Positions 50,355 through 63,583 are shown, counted from the whole stretch's first letter. The stretch: DNA of 63,583 bases, filler included, from Octopus bimaculoides (GCF_001194135.2; 7 parts of 7 records of this genome joined end to end with filler, not necessarily neighbours in it); one strand, 5' to 3'. A program made the numbers and translations. Notes: a model not told the origin generated them from the letters alone.

Positions 50355-50760
50355 CGCACAATACAGATATGTCCTCTCTTTCTCTCTCTTTCTCCCCTCT
50401 TTCTCTCTCCTCTCCTTCTCCTCTCTTTCTCTCCCCTCTCCCTTCGCTCTTTCCATTTTCCCTCTCTCCCCTCTCTCTCTCCCCTCTCTCTCTCCCCTAT
50501 CACTCTCCCCTATCTATCTCCCCTCTCTCTCTCCCACTCTCTCTCCCCTCACTCTCTTCCTTCTCTCTTTCCCTCTCTTCCTCTCACCAATTTCTTATTC
50601 CCCATCTATTCCAACTCTCCTCCACTCTCTCCCGTCTCCTTCGCCCTCTCTCACTCCCTCTCTTTCCCAGTCCATGCATCTATCTATCCTGTCCATATCT
50701 ATATCTCCTCACGTTCTGTCTCTTTCATCTTCTCCTTCACTCTCATGGAAAGGCACTTCT
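50355..50760. repeat. CT-rich low-complexity tract
   Basis: Cryptic (CT)n; explains the Ser/Leu/Pro-rich ORFs in the track. Confidence 0.85.
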
Positions 50761-51189
50761 TTTCTCCCATCAATTCATTCTTATCTTCTTATCCTTTTGT
50801 CGCGATTTTACAACATATTAATAACAGATGCCTACCAATACGTATACTCAGATGTAAAGCAAACACAAACATTAGCAAACATTATTTCACACAAACTTAC
50901 ACTCATGATGTAATACTGAAATATCAGTTCATTTTCCCTGTGGCTCCTGGAAGGGTGTCAAAGGGCACATTGGGCCCCCTGCTGGTTTCCACTCCTTGGT
51001 TTCCTACACATGACAAGGTTGTGTCAGTTTGAGTCCAGAGTCGGGACCTGGTAGGTGTCAATACACGTGTAAATGCTTACGTGAGAATAATAAGTGGTTT
51101 TCACATTATTCACATGCCCCAGCCGTGAGCTGAGCCCTGGTTCTGAAAAAGATGGTCGCCATGAGAGATCGCTGACCACTACATTTAAT

Positions 51190-51335
51190 TTGTTTCCCCT
51201 TGTTTTTCTCCTTATTTTTTTCTGTTGAAGAGCGTAGCTTGAAACGTTAAAGACTTTCTCTATTCCCGAGCGTTAAACTAACACATTCTTTTGTTGTTTA
51301 CACCACCTGTCCTCGTCTGTTATTGTTTTTTTCGT
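51190..51335 (+). mobile_element. Penelope-type terminal repeat fragment with hammerhead-like motif (51215-51255)
   Basis: ttttctgttgaagagcgtagcttgaaacgttaaagact...cccgagcgttaaactaa; reverse complement of the 12840-13070 family. Confidence 0.55.
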
Positions 51336-51343
51336 AAATTCTC

Positions 51344-51447
<104 letters not shown>

Positions 51448-51809
51448 GACGGGCTTCTTTCAGTTTCTGTCTACCAAATCCACTCATAAGATAGATAATT
51501 AGACAGAGTATCAAACATAGACACAGAGAGACAGATAGATGGATAGATAGATAGAAACAAACAAATGAAGAACGAGGAGTAACACAGAATGGCCTATGGC
51601 GTGTGTTTGCGCAATATAGAGAGATGTACATATAACAAATCAATTCTTCATTTATTAGAAATGGCTGCACCTATTGAGATTGTGTAATAATTAGAAAATG
51701 GCAAGGAAGAGAAGAAAAGGGGAGATAATTACAAGAATTAATAATTCGAAAAATTACCATCTCTTTAAGAAAAAAATACGCTCTTATAGTCTGGAGACAG
51801 AGGGCAGCC

Positions 51810-51858
<49 letters not shown>

Positions 51859-51958
51859 CACACACATGTATACTTGTGTATGTGCGTACACTATATGTAG
51901 ATAGTATGTGTTACAATCAGAGATAAGTAAATAGTCGGTTATATATATAAAAGATATA

Positions 51959-52093
51959 TATATTTGCAAAGGAATATCTTTCGCATCGAAGGTCGGCGGT
52001 TGTCGTACGCTGAAGACGGGTAAATACACAGAAACTCGAGTCCGTACGTATCGCAGATCGAGATGGGAAGGATGACTTCCCTTTGCAAATATA
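51959..52093 (+). ncRNA. Type I hammerhead ribozyme candidate in a long hairpin
   Basis: CGUACG(52004-09)-CUGAAGA(52010-16)-14 nt-GAAA(52031-34)-CUCGAG-UC(cut after 52042)-CGUACG(52043-48). Helix I is 6 perfect bp extended to a ~45-bp stem closed by a 14-bp perfect inverted repeat; helix II is imperfect. Confidence 0.7.
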
Positions 52094-52257
52094 GACAGCA
52101 CACAAATGTGTGTCAATAGCCAGCTGGAGCAGATGTTCTCCTAGGGCTAAAAGCAACAGTAACATCCACCCTTAGGGGTCAGCCACACTTAAGTGGCAAA
52201 TATACTTCACCTTGTCGTGCAGTTACTGTTAATACCTCGTTCAGAGATTTAACATTG

Positions 52258-52290
<33 letters not shown>

Positions 52291-53075
52291 TCTCATTCAC
52301 AGTGAAATATAACCTTCTCCTATATATATATTTCTCTGCTCTGTCATACATGAATGCTATGTAAATATGACTACTAGTGTGGAGAATAAGAGCATAGCCC
52401 GAAAACCTAGTAAGTCCATTTCCAACGGGTTATGAATTTGAATTTCTTCTCTTTCCGTTGATTAATTTACATTCAGTAGTTTATAACAGATATGAATTCT
52501 GCTTTGCATGGTGTCTATAAATAAGAAACGTCAATGTATGTATTGCTTTCTTGGTGTTCTGTGCAAATGAAACCCTTGAATGTGTGTGTCTTACTTTGCT
52601 TATTTGCGTACATACGAACATATATACATACATACATTTATACGGACATTATAAACATGCATATGTATATATATATATATATATATATGCATACATTCGT
52701 TTACATAGACATATGGTTGTACACGTGTGTGTATATGTAATTATATATGTGTGTGTATGTGTGTGTGTATGTGTGTGTGTGTGCATGGTCGTGCATGGTC
52801 GTGCATATGTGTGTGTGTATGTAATTATATATATATATATATATTTTTATATATATATATATATATGTATATGTATATGTATATCGTACGTGCATATTTA
52901 TGTATACATAGGCATTCATAAATTCATTGAAGAATACAAACACACACATTTAGGAAAGCATGTGTAGACGTGCTTGCACATTCAAAGCGGCAGATCTACG
53001 TATACATAACACGATATCCATTCTTACATACAAAGAAATTTACAGTGACATACAAACCTACGTACGCGTAAACAG

Positions 53076-53117
<42 letters not shown>

Positions 53118-53635
53118 ATACATATATATATATATCCATACATATATACGTGGGCGCGTTCGTGTGGGTTGGGATGGACTGAAGCTGCGTGTGTATATAC
53201 AGGATGAGCTGAACATTTATTTGCTCTTCGATCAAATATATGTGAAAGGGTAAGGCCAAAGTTAGCAAACAGTTCTTGGCAGATCTTTGAAGCGTTTCAA
53301 AGGCAGACATTTCCAAGTAGTGTTACTTCATACTGTCACAAAGATACAGTCCTTAGCTTCAAATAGATACCATCCATGCGTGGATTAAGCTGTAAGTGAG
53401 CCATTTCAACTCACGTATTGATGATGATGATGATGGTAGTGATGGTGGTGGTGGTGATGGTACTGGTGATGTATGACCACTCGCGTGCAGTATCTCTCTC
53501 ACTCTCTCTCTTTTTGCCATTCGTTCTCTCACTCTCTATCAATATTTATATCTATCTATCATGTATTTTATTTAAACTATATATCATATTTCTAAGTACT
53601 TATGTATTCGTCAGTCTGTTTGCCTGTTATCTATC

Positions 53636-53695
<60 letters not shown>

Positions 53696-55014
53696 CATAC
53701 CTAAATGTGTGTGTGTGTGAGTGAGTGAATCTCACATTCACTGAAACACGCACATCATAGATATACGTGAAAATATTTTACATACACCTTAAGTAAGTCC
53801 TTTATACTTATTAGTATATTTATGTGTGTGTCAGTGTGTGTACGATACTCTCTCTCTCATATATATCACATACATATATACATACGTATATACACGCATT
53901 CTTCTAATAAGTCGTTCGTTAGAATGAACACCTAAAATGATGATGCTTATGACTTTCCATCAAATTCTCTAAGCTGAAGTATTTTCAATCTTATTGATAG
54001 TCTTCATCGAAATCTACGACCCACGCGCAATTTGGCTCCCTCGTTCATCTCTCTGATTCTTTCCCTGTATTGTTGATTTGAATCGCAACGATAAAACTGA
54101 ACCACTGTCAAGGTTCTCATTCGAATTCGAAGGAAGAAAAGTCTGAAACTAACTTGATATCATGGGTGGATATTTTGATTAAAATCACACGAAGCAATTC
54201 ACTTGATGCTGCTTAATTTTTGCTATTGTTCAGTGACTCGCTGTATATGTATCCTGATACACACACACACATGTATACATACATACATATTACTATTATT
54301 TTAGTTTCTTTGTCAATTTTTTTCTCACACACCTCTGACCGCTTTAGCAACTCTCTATTACACGTGTCACCGCTATTTTGGAATAGAAGTTAAAGTAATA
54401 TGAATAAAGCTGAAGTGAGGACCAAATATATATTGCGTGTGTTCAATTGGCAAAATATGACCAACTCCATATATTATTGTTTGAACGCATGGATTCACAT
54501 CAAGAATATAACAAAACATACATAAATATATTTATATGCAGACACAAACACACACACACACTCATCTATATCAGCTTAAAGTAACTGTAGCGTATGAAAG
54601 TACATAAAGGAAAATAGGGTCTCTACAAATTCAAGGGATATCGAATGACGGAGAAAGCAAATTAATGGTAGATTTCCAAGAAGCAGCAATTCAAAGAAAT
54701 GAAATTACTAGAACAATTGTATTCACGACTAAGAGGAAGTTAGGAACTGATTCACCTAGAAAGAAAAAGGGTTCTCATGTTAAACGCTCTTGACAGAGGG
54801 GAATAGCTCAGAAATTTCGGCTGTGCAACGAATATGGAATGACTTATTGTCAACGTCACACCGAAGGTATATGTCAACGATGAGCCAAAACCCCGAAACA
54901 AATAGAAAGAAGAGAACCCACTTTACGTGAGTTTGTGTGTGCGTATGTGTGTGTGTGTGGTTCAAATATACGGAAATCAAAAGATAGTGATAGTTCAGAG
55001 AAAGCAGAAGGTTC

Positions 55015-55110
55015 GGGAACATTGGAAAATTCTTTGACGTTTCGGACCTACGCCCTTCGTCAGAAAAGGCAGAGAAGAAATGGAGAGTGAGAGAAAAGAA
55101 AACGGAGAGG
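55015..55110 (-). mobile_element. Penelope-type terminal repeat with minimal hammerhead motif (55030-55070)
   Basis: Minus strand cuuuu-CUGACGA-a-gggc-guag-gucc-GAAAC-GUC-aaag. Confidence 0.65.
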
Positions 55111-55130
55111 AAGCAAATATATATACATAC

Positions 55131-55185
<55 letters not shown>

Positions 55186-55715
55186 GGGATAAAATCCCAA
55201 ATTATAACAAAAAATTCAATTAAAATCAATTTATTAAAAATTAAAATTAAATTAAGTTTCACAGTATAAAATACATATAAATATATAGTATTAGGGAAAA
55301 GAACAAAGGTTTNNNNNNNNNNNNNNNNNNNNNNNNNNNNNNNNNNNNNNNNNNNNTTAATTAATTAANNNNNNNNNNNNNNNNNNNNNNNNNNNNNNNN
55401 NNNNNNNNNNNNACTAATACAAGGATAACGGTTAAAATTCAAAAATGCATAGATGTGTCTACACATACTCATATCTACACATACTCATATCTACACATAC
55501 TCATACGCACATGCATACACACTCTCATATAGTCACATACACAACGCAAAACACATACACACATGTGCACACATACATACATCTACACATACGTACATAC
55601 ATATCAAACTATATACGCTCATACGGTTATATATAACTACATATATGTATGTATTATGCATCTCAACATGTATGTATGGAATGGAATTCCACATGTACAA
55701 GAGAGAGAAGGGTGA

Positions 55716-56445
55716 CTATAGAGGTGTACTCCCAGGTGGAATCTGGATGTTACCCCACTCGGACTTACGGTTGAGAGAGGGTTTGTACTCCTGTATACAG
55801 ACATCTTCAGTGACTTGTCTCAGCATTGCATCAGTGGGATGTGTGGACAAGAGATTTAATTTAAGTCTCCCTAAGGAGCCCTTGTGGCAGTCTACAACAT
55901 GCTGATGGAAGATGGAGTTTGGTTTCTTTTCAATGTAGTTGTCCAGATGTTCTTTGAACCTATCATTGATACTCCTAGAAGTCTCACCAATGTATGACTC
56001 TGGGTTAGTCGCGCAAGCTCCTTCTTGGCACTTAATCTGGTATACAGTGTTCTTGGTTTTGCAGTTCACGTGTGGGTTTGTAGAACATACTGCACAATTA
56101 TTTTGACAGATGATTCTATCAAACGGGAGTCCTACCTGTCTTTTCTACAACTTTGATCTTGAGGCCAGTTGCGTGCAGGATTTTCTTGAATGCCTTATTT
56201 AATATGTTCTTAGGTGTAGCATCAACAAACATTACACTGTGAAACTTCTTGTTATCATACCAAGTGTCGTTCTTATTTCTTTTGTTGGCGTCCCTCTCTA
56301 ACCTATTCCAGAACTTGTTCCGGTATAGGGGGTATGTACCGTTTTCATCATCTCTTAGGATGCGTTCGAATTTTGTTTTTGCTCCATTGAACACCCTGAT
56401 TCTATCATGCTGTATGTATTCGGAACGTTGCATTCGGAATATATA
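55716..56445 (-). mobile_element. Penelope-like element ORF 3' part (linker plus GIY-YIG endonuclease)
   Basis: ...VMFVDATPK...IKVVEKTG, Cys-rich CAVC...NCKTKNTVYQIKC...SYIGETSRSINDRFKEH...IQEYKPSLNRKSEWG; one frameshift or stop near 56119. Confidence 0.9.
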
Positions 56446-57154
56446 GTGCTGGATGTAATATATATATANNNNNNNNNNNNNNNNNNNNNNNNNNNNNNNN
56501 NNNNNNNNNNNNTTAATTAATTAANNNNNNNNNNNNNNNNNNNNNNNNNNNNNNNNNNNNNNNNNNNNCAATATAAATTCTACAAATTGTTTCTGAGTCT
56601 AATAAATTCGAAAGACAAAAACCAAAAGCTCTTCTTGAAATAAAAATTAGATTCTTCGTCAGGAATTACATATTAGTAAGAAAAATTACGACCAGCATAA
56701 ATATAAAAAGACCTTTCATAGCCCAGACGGGAACGAACAAATAAAATAGAATGAAAAATTACTGGAACACCAGACCGTTCAAGACCAGAAAAATGTATAT
56801 AAAAAACCACTCCAGCGTTTCATTTACGTTTCAATTCACAATATGTAAACACAGATAAATTTAATGAAACAAAAATTACCTACAAAAATAATAGGGTTAT
56901 CTAATTGAAAATTTAGAAAGTTAAAAATGAATATCTACAAACTGATATATTATCTACTAAAGAGTAATAAATGTCCTAATTCAAAGTTAATAATATGGTA
57001 ATATCAAGCGAAAATTTAAAAAAGCAATTCTTTTGTTTACAAAATAGCCACCTACAAGTAAAACAGTAGAACGAAGAAAAAGAAAGAGTAGTATCAGTGC
57101 AGAGAGAGGAGAGAAAATAGTAATACAGTGAAGGAGAGGTAGTAAGAGTAATAG

Positions 57155-57725
57155 CTATAATTCAGAACAAACAGTGAAAGGTCATTATAATACTCGGAGT
57201 TTTGAATGTCGGAGTGAAGAGCTACAATACATTCTCGTCGGCTATTAACGGCAACAGACGCTATGAAAAACGGTAAATAAAAGGAAAGTAACTCTAATAT
57301 GTGAAAATAGAAAAATGATAAAAAATACACGCAACCATATTCTCACAATGCATAGACTTAAACCTCCTGCGTACACAACGTCTACATATATACACACTCA
57401 CACAAACATGTATACGTACATGCACACACACAAACAAGTATACGTACCTCGTATATATGTATGTGTGTATGTATGTATGCATTTACGTATCCATGTTTGT
57501 GTGAGTGTGTACGTATATAGACATTGTGAATGCAGGAGGTTTATGTCTATGTATCATGAGAATATGGTTGCGTGTATTTTCTTTTTCTTTTTCCACCTAT
57601 TAGAGTTACTTCCCTTTTACTTAACGGTGTTTTATAGCGTTTTTTAATAGCCGATGAGAATGTATCGTAGCTTCCAAGTACTACAATGACAACCTTTTAC
57701 TGTTTGTTGTAAATTATATATAAAT
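57155..57725. repeat. ~570-bp diverged palindrome centred near 57450
   Basis: The same pseudo-peptide (RIHVCVSVY...ENMVACIF) reads on both strands; arms align out to aaacagtgaaagg / ccttttactgttt. Confidence 0.85.
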
Positions 57726-57778
57726 AATCCTCTATTTCTCTAATACCGAGGTCTCATTTTTTTGTTGTTACATTTTAT

Positions 57779-57809
<31 letters not shown>

Positions 57810-58025
57810 GGTGGTTGTCTACTCCTTAAACAGAGTTTGACCACCTCCTGCACCTACACCCTAGCCCTTTCATGGCGTCTGATGTGGCTTTTTAAACCAG
57901 ACAGTGTTTTGAAAAAACACCCACACAGATTGCACCTCTTATTTGCACTACCAATACCTGCAAGTAAGTTCTGCTCATTGTGGATCCTAACATGTCTTTT
58001 AAGACCCCCATTGGATTTGCAAACC

Positions 58026-58063
<38 letters not shown>

Positions 58064-58214
58064 ATATATATATATGAGAGAAAGAATAAGTTCAAGTAGA
58101 ATAATTCAAACTTTTTGAGGAGGCCAAAAAGAGGAAATATTTCTAATAAATATTCATCATATCCAAAAAGATAGCCTGCTAGAGCAAGCTATTAAAATAT
58201 AAAGATACCAAGTA

Positions 58215-58945
58215 AAAAGTTCGTTATAGGCATATATAAGATAAAATCTGATATAAAACACTACAGACAATAATAAAAATGCAGAAGAGATGTTAAAATC
58301 TATAAACTAATTTGGCCAACGGATATATTAAATATATAAGTTAAAAAAAACACAAAAAACAATAACAAAAAAAACAACAAAGTGAGGACGTGATACGGAT
58401 AGTGTTATTGGACGCTCGGGAAAGGAAGGAGAGAGAGTATGACGTTTCGGGCGGAGCCCTTCGTCGGAAAGACAGAAAGTTCGGAGAATGGAAAAACGGA
58501 GGAAGAGGAAAATGGCACCGATGCCCACGAGGTTACATTGTGATCCGTTGGCCAGATTAGTTTATAGTTGTTTGCACAGATAGACTCGAAAATACATAGA
58601 CATGTTTTTCTTTCTCTTCTTTTTTCCCGTTTTGAAAGTTATTTGCAAATTTCCGGTCAGATTGTCCGTATTACCGTATTTGTTTTTTTCCTTCTAGATT
58701 CTTTTGCTAATACGTTTTTTTTGTTTTTCTTAAATTTTTCTACACTGACGAGAATGGTGATACATAACTTTATTATTATTATCATTAATGTTCTTGTCTT
58801 ACATATTTGCATTACCTTTTGCAACGGTCGTATGTAGATATTAAATTCTATTTTGAACTTTTAACATCACTTCTCCATTTTTATTATTGTTTATAGTGTT
58901 TTATATGAGATTTTATCTTATATATGCCTATAACGAATTATACCT
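58215..58945. repeat. ~100-bp inverted repeat (58215-58310 / 58845-58945) enclosing a Penelope-type end with degenerate hammerhead (58435-58475, minus)
   Basis: ttcgttataggcatatataagataaaatc is matched by gattttatcttatatatgcctataacgaa; inner minus strand reads CCGACGA-a-gggc-ucc-gccc-GAAACGUC. Confidence 0.7.
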
Positions 58946-59213
58946 ACCAACGCCTCTAGTGGTCGAATTTTGATGAAGTTTTATAATATTTAGGTCATTG
59001 CTTGTTAGACTACGTCTACATTATTGTTGTTCTAGCATGATGTGTGTTAAGGCATGCTTTTGCACAGCTTCTAACGCTGGAGATGTACTACGGTGTCAGC
59101 TGTTCACTATCAGTGAACTAAGGTAACACCCCTTATTTTTCGAGCATCATCCAGAGTATTCGAGTGGTTCAAGCAATGCAGTTTTCTGCAAGTGCTCCAC
59201 CCTTATTGCAGCC

Positions 59214-59268
<55 letters not shown>

Positions 59269-59792
59269 GTTGCAAAATATTCAGAGACAATGCATTCATA
59301 TCATTCTACTTCACAATTCGAAATCTACCTCAGCATAGTATTTCCCNNNNNNNNNNNNNNNNNNNNNNNNNNNNNNNNNNNNNNNNNNNNNNNNNNNNNN
59401 NNNNNNNNNNNNNNNNNNNNNNNNNNNNNNNNNNNNNNNNNNNNNNNNNNNNNNNNNNNNNNNNNNNNNNNNNNNNNNNNNNNNNNNNNNNNNNNNNNNN
59501 NNNNNNNNNNNNNNNNNNNNNNNNNNNNNNNNNNNNNNNNNNNNNNNNNNNNNNNNNNNNNNNNNNNNNNNNNNNNNNNNNNNNNNNNNNNNNNNNNNNN
59601 NNNNNNNNNNNNNNNNNNNNNNNNNNNNNNNNNNNNNNNNNNNNNNNNNNNNNNNNNNNNNNNNNNNNNNNNNNNNNNNNNNNNNNNNNNNNNNNNNNNN
59701 NNNNNNNNNNNNNNNNNNNNNNNNNNNNNNNNNNNNNNNNNNNNNNNNNNNNNNNNNNNNNNNNNNNNNNNNNNNNNNNNNNNNNNNNNNNN

Positions 59793-59834
<42 letters not shown>

Positions 59835-60416
59835 GCAAACACACACACAATGAGCTTCTTTTAAGTTTCTGTCTGCCAAATCCACTCACAAGGCTTTGGT
59901 GGTGCCGAATCATGTGGTTGGGAAGCAAGCTTCTATTACTTCTTTCTCGCAGAATATGAAGTTCATGAAGTTCATGAAATTTCTTGTCATTGTTTATCGT
60001 GAACAGCACTCTTCTATTCTTTTTTAGAAATCATGTGTATCACATTGCCTGTGACTTATTAACAGGAGGAAAATCATGGATAATGTGTTTCGTTTGGGGT
60101 TTCTTCGAAAGACGTTGGTAAACTAGCAATCGATAGAATACAGAGAACATTCTTATTGTTTAGATACAGAATATCCGTTTCTAGTTTTCTTGACGCAAAA
60201 GAGAGGATAACTAATCTGGAATGCATGCGTCCATCAGTCTGGGTAGAGAGAGCTTCGGACTCACTTTGTGTGTTTCCACCTATTTGTCTACAGTAAGACC
60301 TTTTCTCCATGACAAATTGAAAAATAGTCGAATGTGAACAGCTTTCATACGGGTTTGAATATGCTTAAGGATGTTTGAGTTGGTAAGAAGTATATATATT
60401 TATATATATAATCCAT

Positions 60417-60449
<33 letters not shown>

Positions 60450-60982
60450 NNNNNNNNNNNNNNNNNNNNNNNNNNNNNNNNNNNNNNNNNNNNNNNNNNN
60501 NNNNNNNNNNNNNNNNNNNNNNNNNNNNNNNNNNNNNNNNNNNNNNNNNNNNNNNNNNNNNNNNNNNNNNNNNNNNNNNNNNNNNNNNNNNNNNNNNNNN
60601 NNNNNNNNNNNNNNNNNNNNNNNNNNNNNNNNNNNNNNNNNNNNNNNNNNNNNNNNNNNNNNNNNNNNNNNNNNNNNNNNNNNNNNNNNNNNNNNNNNNN
60701 NNNNNNNNNNNNNNNNNNNNNNNNNNNNNNNNNNNNNNNNNNNNNNNNNNNNNNNNNNNNNNNNNNNNNNNNNNNNNNNNNNNNNNNNNNNNNNNNNNNN
60801 NNNNNNNNNNNNNNNNNNNNNNNNNNNNNNNNNNNNNNNNNNNNNNNNNNNNNNNNNNNNNNNNNNNNNNNNNNNNNNNNNNNNNNNNNNNNNNNNNNNN
60901 NNNNNNNNNNNNNNNNNNNNNNNNNNNNNNNNNNNNNNNNNNNNNNNNNNNNNNNNNNNNNNNNNNNNNNNNNNNNNNNNNN

Positions 60983-61025
<43 letters not shown>

Positions 61026-61044
61026 ACACACACACACACACACA

Positions 61045-61079
<35 letters not shown>

Positions 61080-62253
61080 TTATATATGAAGTGAGTGGGT
61101 GAGCGATGAAAAAGAAATATTTTAAAACTTGTTTTAAGTTTGCTAAAATAGTGTATTGATATGAAATAAAATGTAATGTATGCCTGCTGAAATTTCTTAA
61201 ATTGGATGAGAAAAGATGAAAGCAAGGAAATCCTTTGTAATATAAAATAAGATGCTTTGTAATGGAATAAACAGAAGAGAAAAATTGCAACGATATAAAA
61301 AATTTAGTTATCCTGTAATCAACAAGATTTCAGGATTGTCATATGAATAATATCGGGCAAATACAGAAATAGTTTGCATTCTGCTCATCTCTGATTGCCT
61401 TTCAGCAACAATATAAAAGAGGTTATCTCGAGAAAATTACCAATTGATTTTGACACAAATCGGAAAACTGAGAAAGCAGAAGAATAATGAAGGCATGGTG
61501 AGAGGAGATAAAAATTTATTTTAAGATCCATAAAAATAAATCTGCCTACGAAATAAAGAGGTTTGTGAAAAGGACTTGTTTCAAGTATTTTTCACAAGAT
61601 GACAGCTTTAAATTACGCGAAGGAAATTAAGTGAAATTTGAGATGAAGTTTTCAAGTATTTGAAAGAAATAAGTCAATGTGTTGTTATTATTAGTTACTG
61701 TTGAGGTTAAGGTTTCGTTGACCGATGACGTCCACCATGAAAAACATTCATCCGAAAAGATGAAATATTTATTTATAAATGAGAAAATTATTTATTTATG
61801 AAGAAATTTTGATTTGAGAGAGATTTGGCTGTTATATCTTGTAGATCGATGCAAAACAAATGAAAGCTACTCGTTTGTATTTTCTTAATTCCAAAGAGAC
61901 GGATGTCAAAATCGTTAACCTTGGAGGGATTTTAAGCCCGGAATCATAACGACGTAACTAAATATAGCAAATCCTGCTGAGCTATTGATCTGTAATTCTA
62001 TCGGACAAAACCGGATAAAAACCAGAAATATATGCTACCGAATACTGAAGAATATGAAAAAGATGACATAAAGGAACACTGAGTTCAAACACATATTATT
62101 TACTCTCATTATTGTCGTGCTTCTTATATTACGTTACAACCATTCTCAGACTGCACTGGACCCCGCAACAGTGGGAGTTTCATGTAATTAACTATAATAG
62201 CTGAAAACTCAACGGTAAAATTGTAGCGCACCGAGTGGGCACTTAGCTATGCT

Positions 62254-62294
<41 letters not shown>

Positions 62295-62394
62295 NNNNNN
62301 NNNNNNNNNNNNNNNNNNNNNNNNNNNNNNNNNNNNNNTTAATTAATTAANNNNNNNNNNNNNNNNNNNNNNNNNNNNNNNNNNNNNNNNNNNN

Positions 62395-62610
62395 TGTGCT
62401 TGTGTGTCTGTGTTTGTCGCCCCACCATCGCTTGGCAACCGATGGTGGTGTGTTTACGTCCCCGTAACTTAGCGATTCGGCAAAATAGACCGATAGAATA
62501 AGGACTAGGCTTACAAGGAATAAGTTCTGGGGTTGATTTGCTCGACTAAAGGCGGTGCTCCAGCATGGCCGCAGTCAAATGACTGAAACAAGTAAAAGAG
62601 TAAAAGAGTA
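62395..62610 (+). mobile_element. SINE family 1, 3' half
   Basis: gtttacgtccccgtaacttagcg...cgactaaaggcggtgctccagcatggccgcagtcaaatgactgaaacaagtaaaagag. Confidence 0.88.
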
Positions 62611-62806
62611 AATAGAATAGAATAGAACAGAAATAGTTGGAAGGGGAACTACACACATTATGGCAGCGGTAATCAACAGTTATAGCAGTAGTAAAAATGG
62701 ATGGTGGTGATAATGTTACTACTATGACTACTAGAAAGCGTCGATAACAGCAGTAGATTTAGGGTATCTAATAATATAGAAACAAATAACTGTTGTATAA
62801 CGGAAT

Positions 62807-62845
<39 letters not shown>

Positions 62846-63543
62846 TAGCGAAAGGTGGGTTCTGGGTCGTTATGACAGCTGCACTGTAGCGTCTGATTCA
62901 GATGGCGAACCAGAAGCTACTGGCAGACAGTTAAAAGAAAGACAAAAAAAAAAAAAAGCAAATCAAAGTTGAAANNNNNNNNNNAGGAATAAACAAAGTT
63001 TAAAAAAAAAGTATCCAGATCAATAAATAAAAGATCAATAATTTTACTATGGAATAATTAGGTAATTTTCCTTTGAATTTACTTATACTAATAATAAACT
63101 CAAATTTCATTTATGCATATACGCACATACACATATATATGTGTGTGTTTGTAAATCTATCCACCTACATAGATACAGCTATATGTATAAAGATACGGTT
63201 ATACACATTTAGCTATACATATACGTACGGATACACACGCATATACGATCACACATGTATATGGCGACCACCATATATATTTACGTATACATACACTTAC
63301 ATGCACATACACACACACACACATACACACACTTAATTTCAACTAGAAGCTGTAGCCATTCCGGGGTACCCCATAAATGGGTACCGACCTTTCATCGACA
63401 TGGGGTACCGATTATTAGTCATTTTCATTTTTTTTTTCTTCTACAACTCTCGCTCTATCTTGCTGTAAGTGAATGAGAGAACCTAGCAACTTCACCCTCA
63501 ATGTTACCATGATATGGTGTCTAATGTTTTTTCATTCATTTAA

Positions 63544-63583
<40 letters not shown>

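Noticed and set aside
54875-54905. ACGATGAGCC...CCGAAAC hammerhead-like string
   Set aside because: Core lacks CU, helix II does not pair and there is no GUH triplet.
63360-63412. Three GGGTACC motifs with a small hairpin
   Set aside because: 7-bp stem only and no supporting context.

Overview
AT-rich, microsatellite- and transposon-dense animal DNA. The SINE, Penelope and Tx1 content resembles an octopod cephalopod; this is inference, no search was run. Six identical 100-nt spacers (N44-TTAATTAATTAA-N44) show the window is a concatenation of seven assembly pieces (1-9854, 9955-32988, 33089-47164, 47265-55312, 55413-56468, 56569-62294, 62395-63583), so adjacency across them is not biological evidence. 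The only host gene I can support is a cationic amino-acid transporter (CAT, SLC7A1-4 family) on the minus strand. It is present as two partial, head-to-tail paralogues in the 9955-32988 piece: copy A has coding exons 1-9 (20462-10206) and copy B has exons 8-14 (32667-28537). Exons 8-9 are duplicated, about 4.5% divergent, with 8 nonsynonymous and 3 synonymous changes; exon 8 encodes the loop that sets affinity in vertebrate CAT-2A/2B. The rest is TE debris: RTE, R4/Dong-like, Tx1/L1-like, Penelope-like, Helitron, pogo-like (with an intron), mariner, maT-like, two SINE families, foldback elements and simple repeats. The most striking unannotated signal is a type I hammerhead ribozyme core with palindromic helix III at the tip of a 135-nt G-U-rich hairpin (51959-52093, +). 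There are also four Penelope-type minimal hammerhead-like motifs and a minisatellite built from a CAT splice donor.
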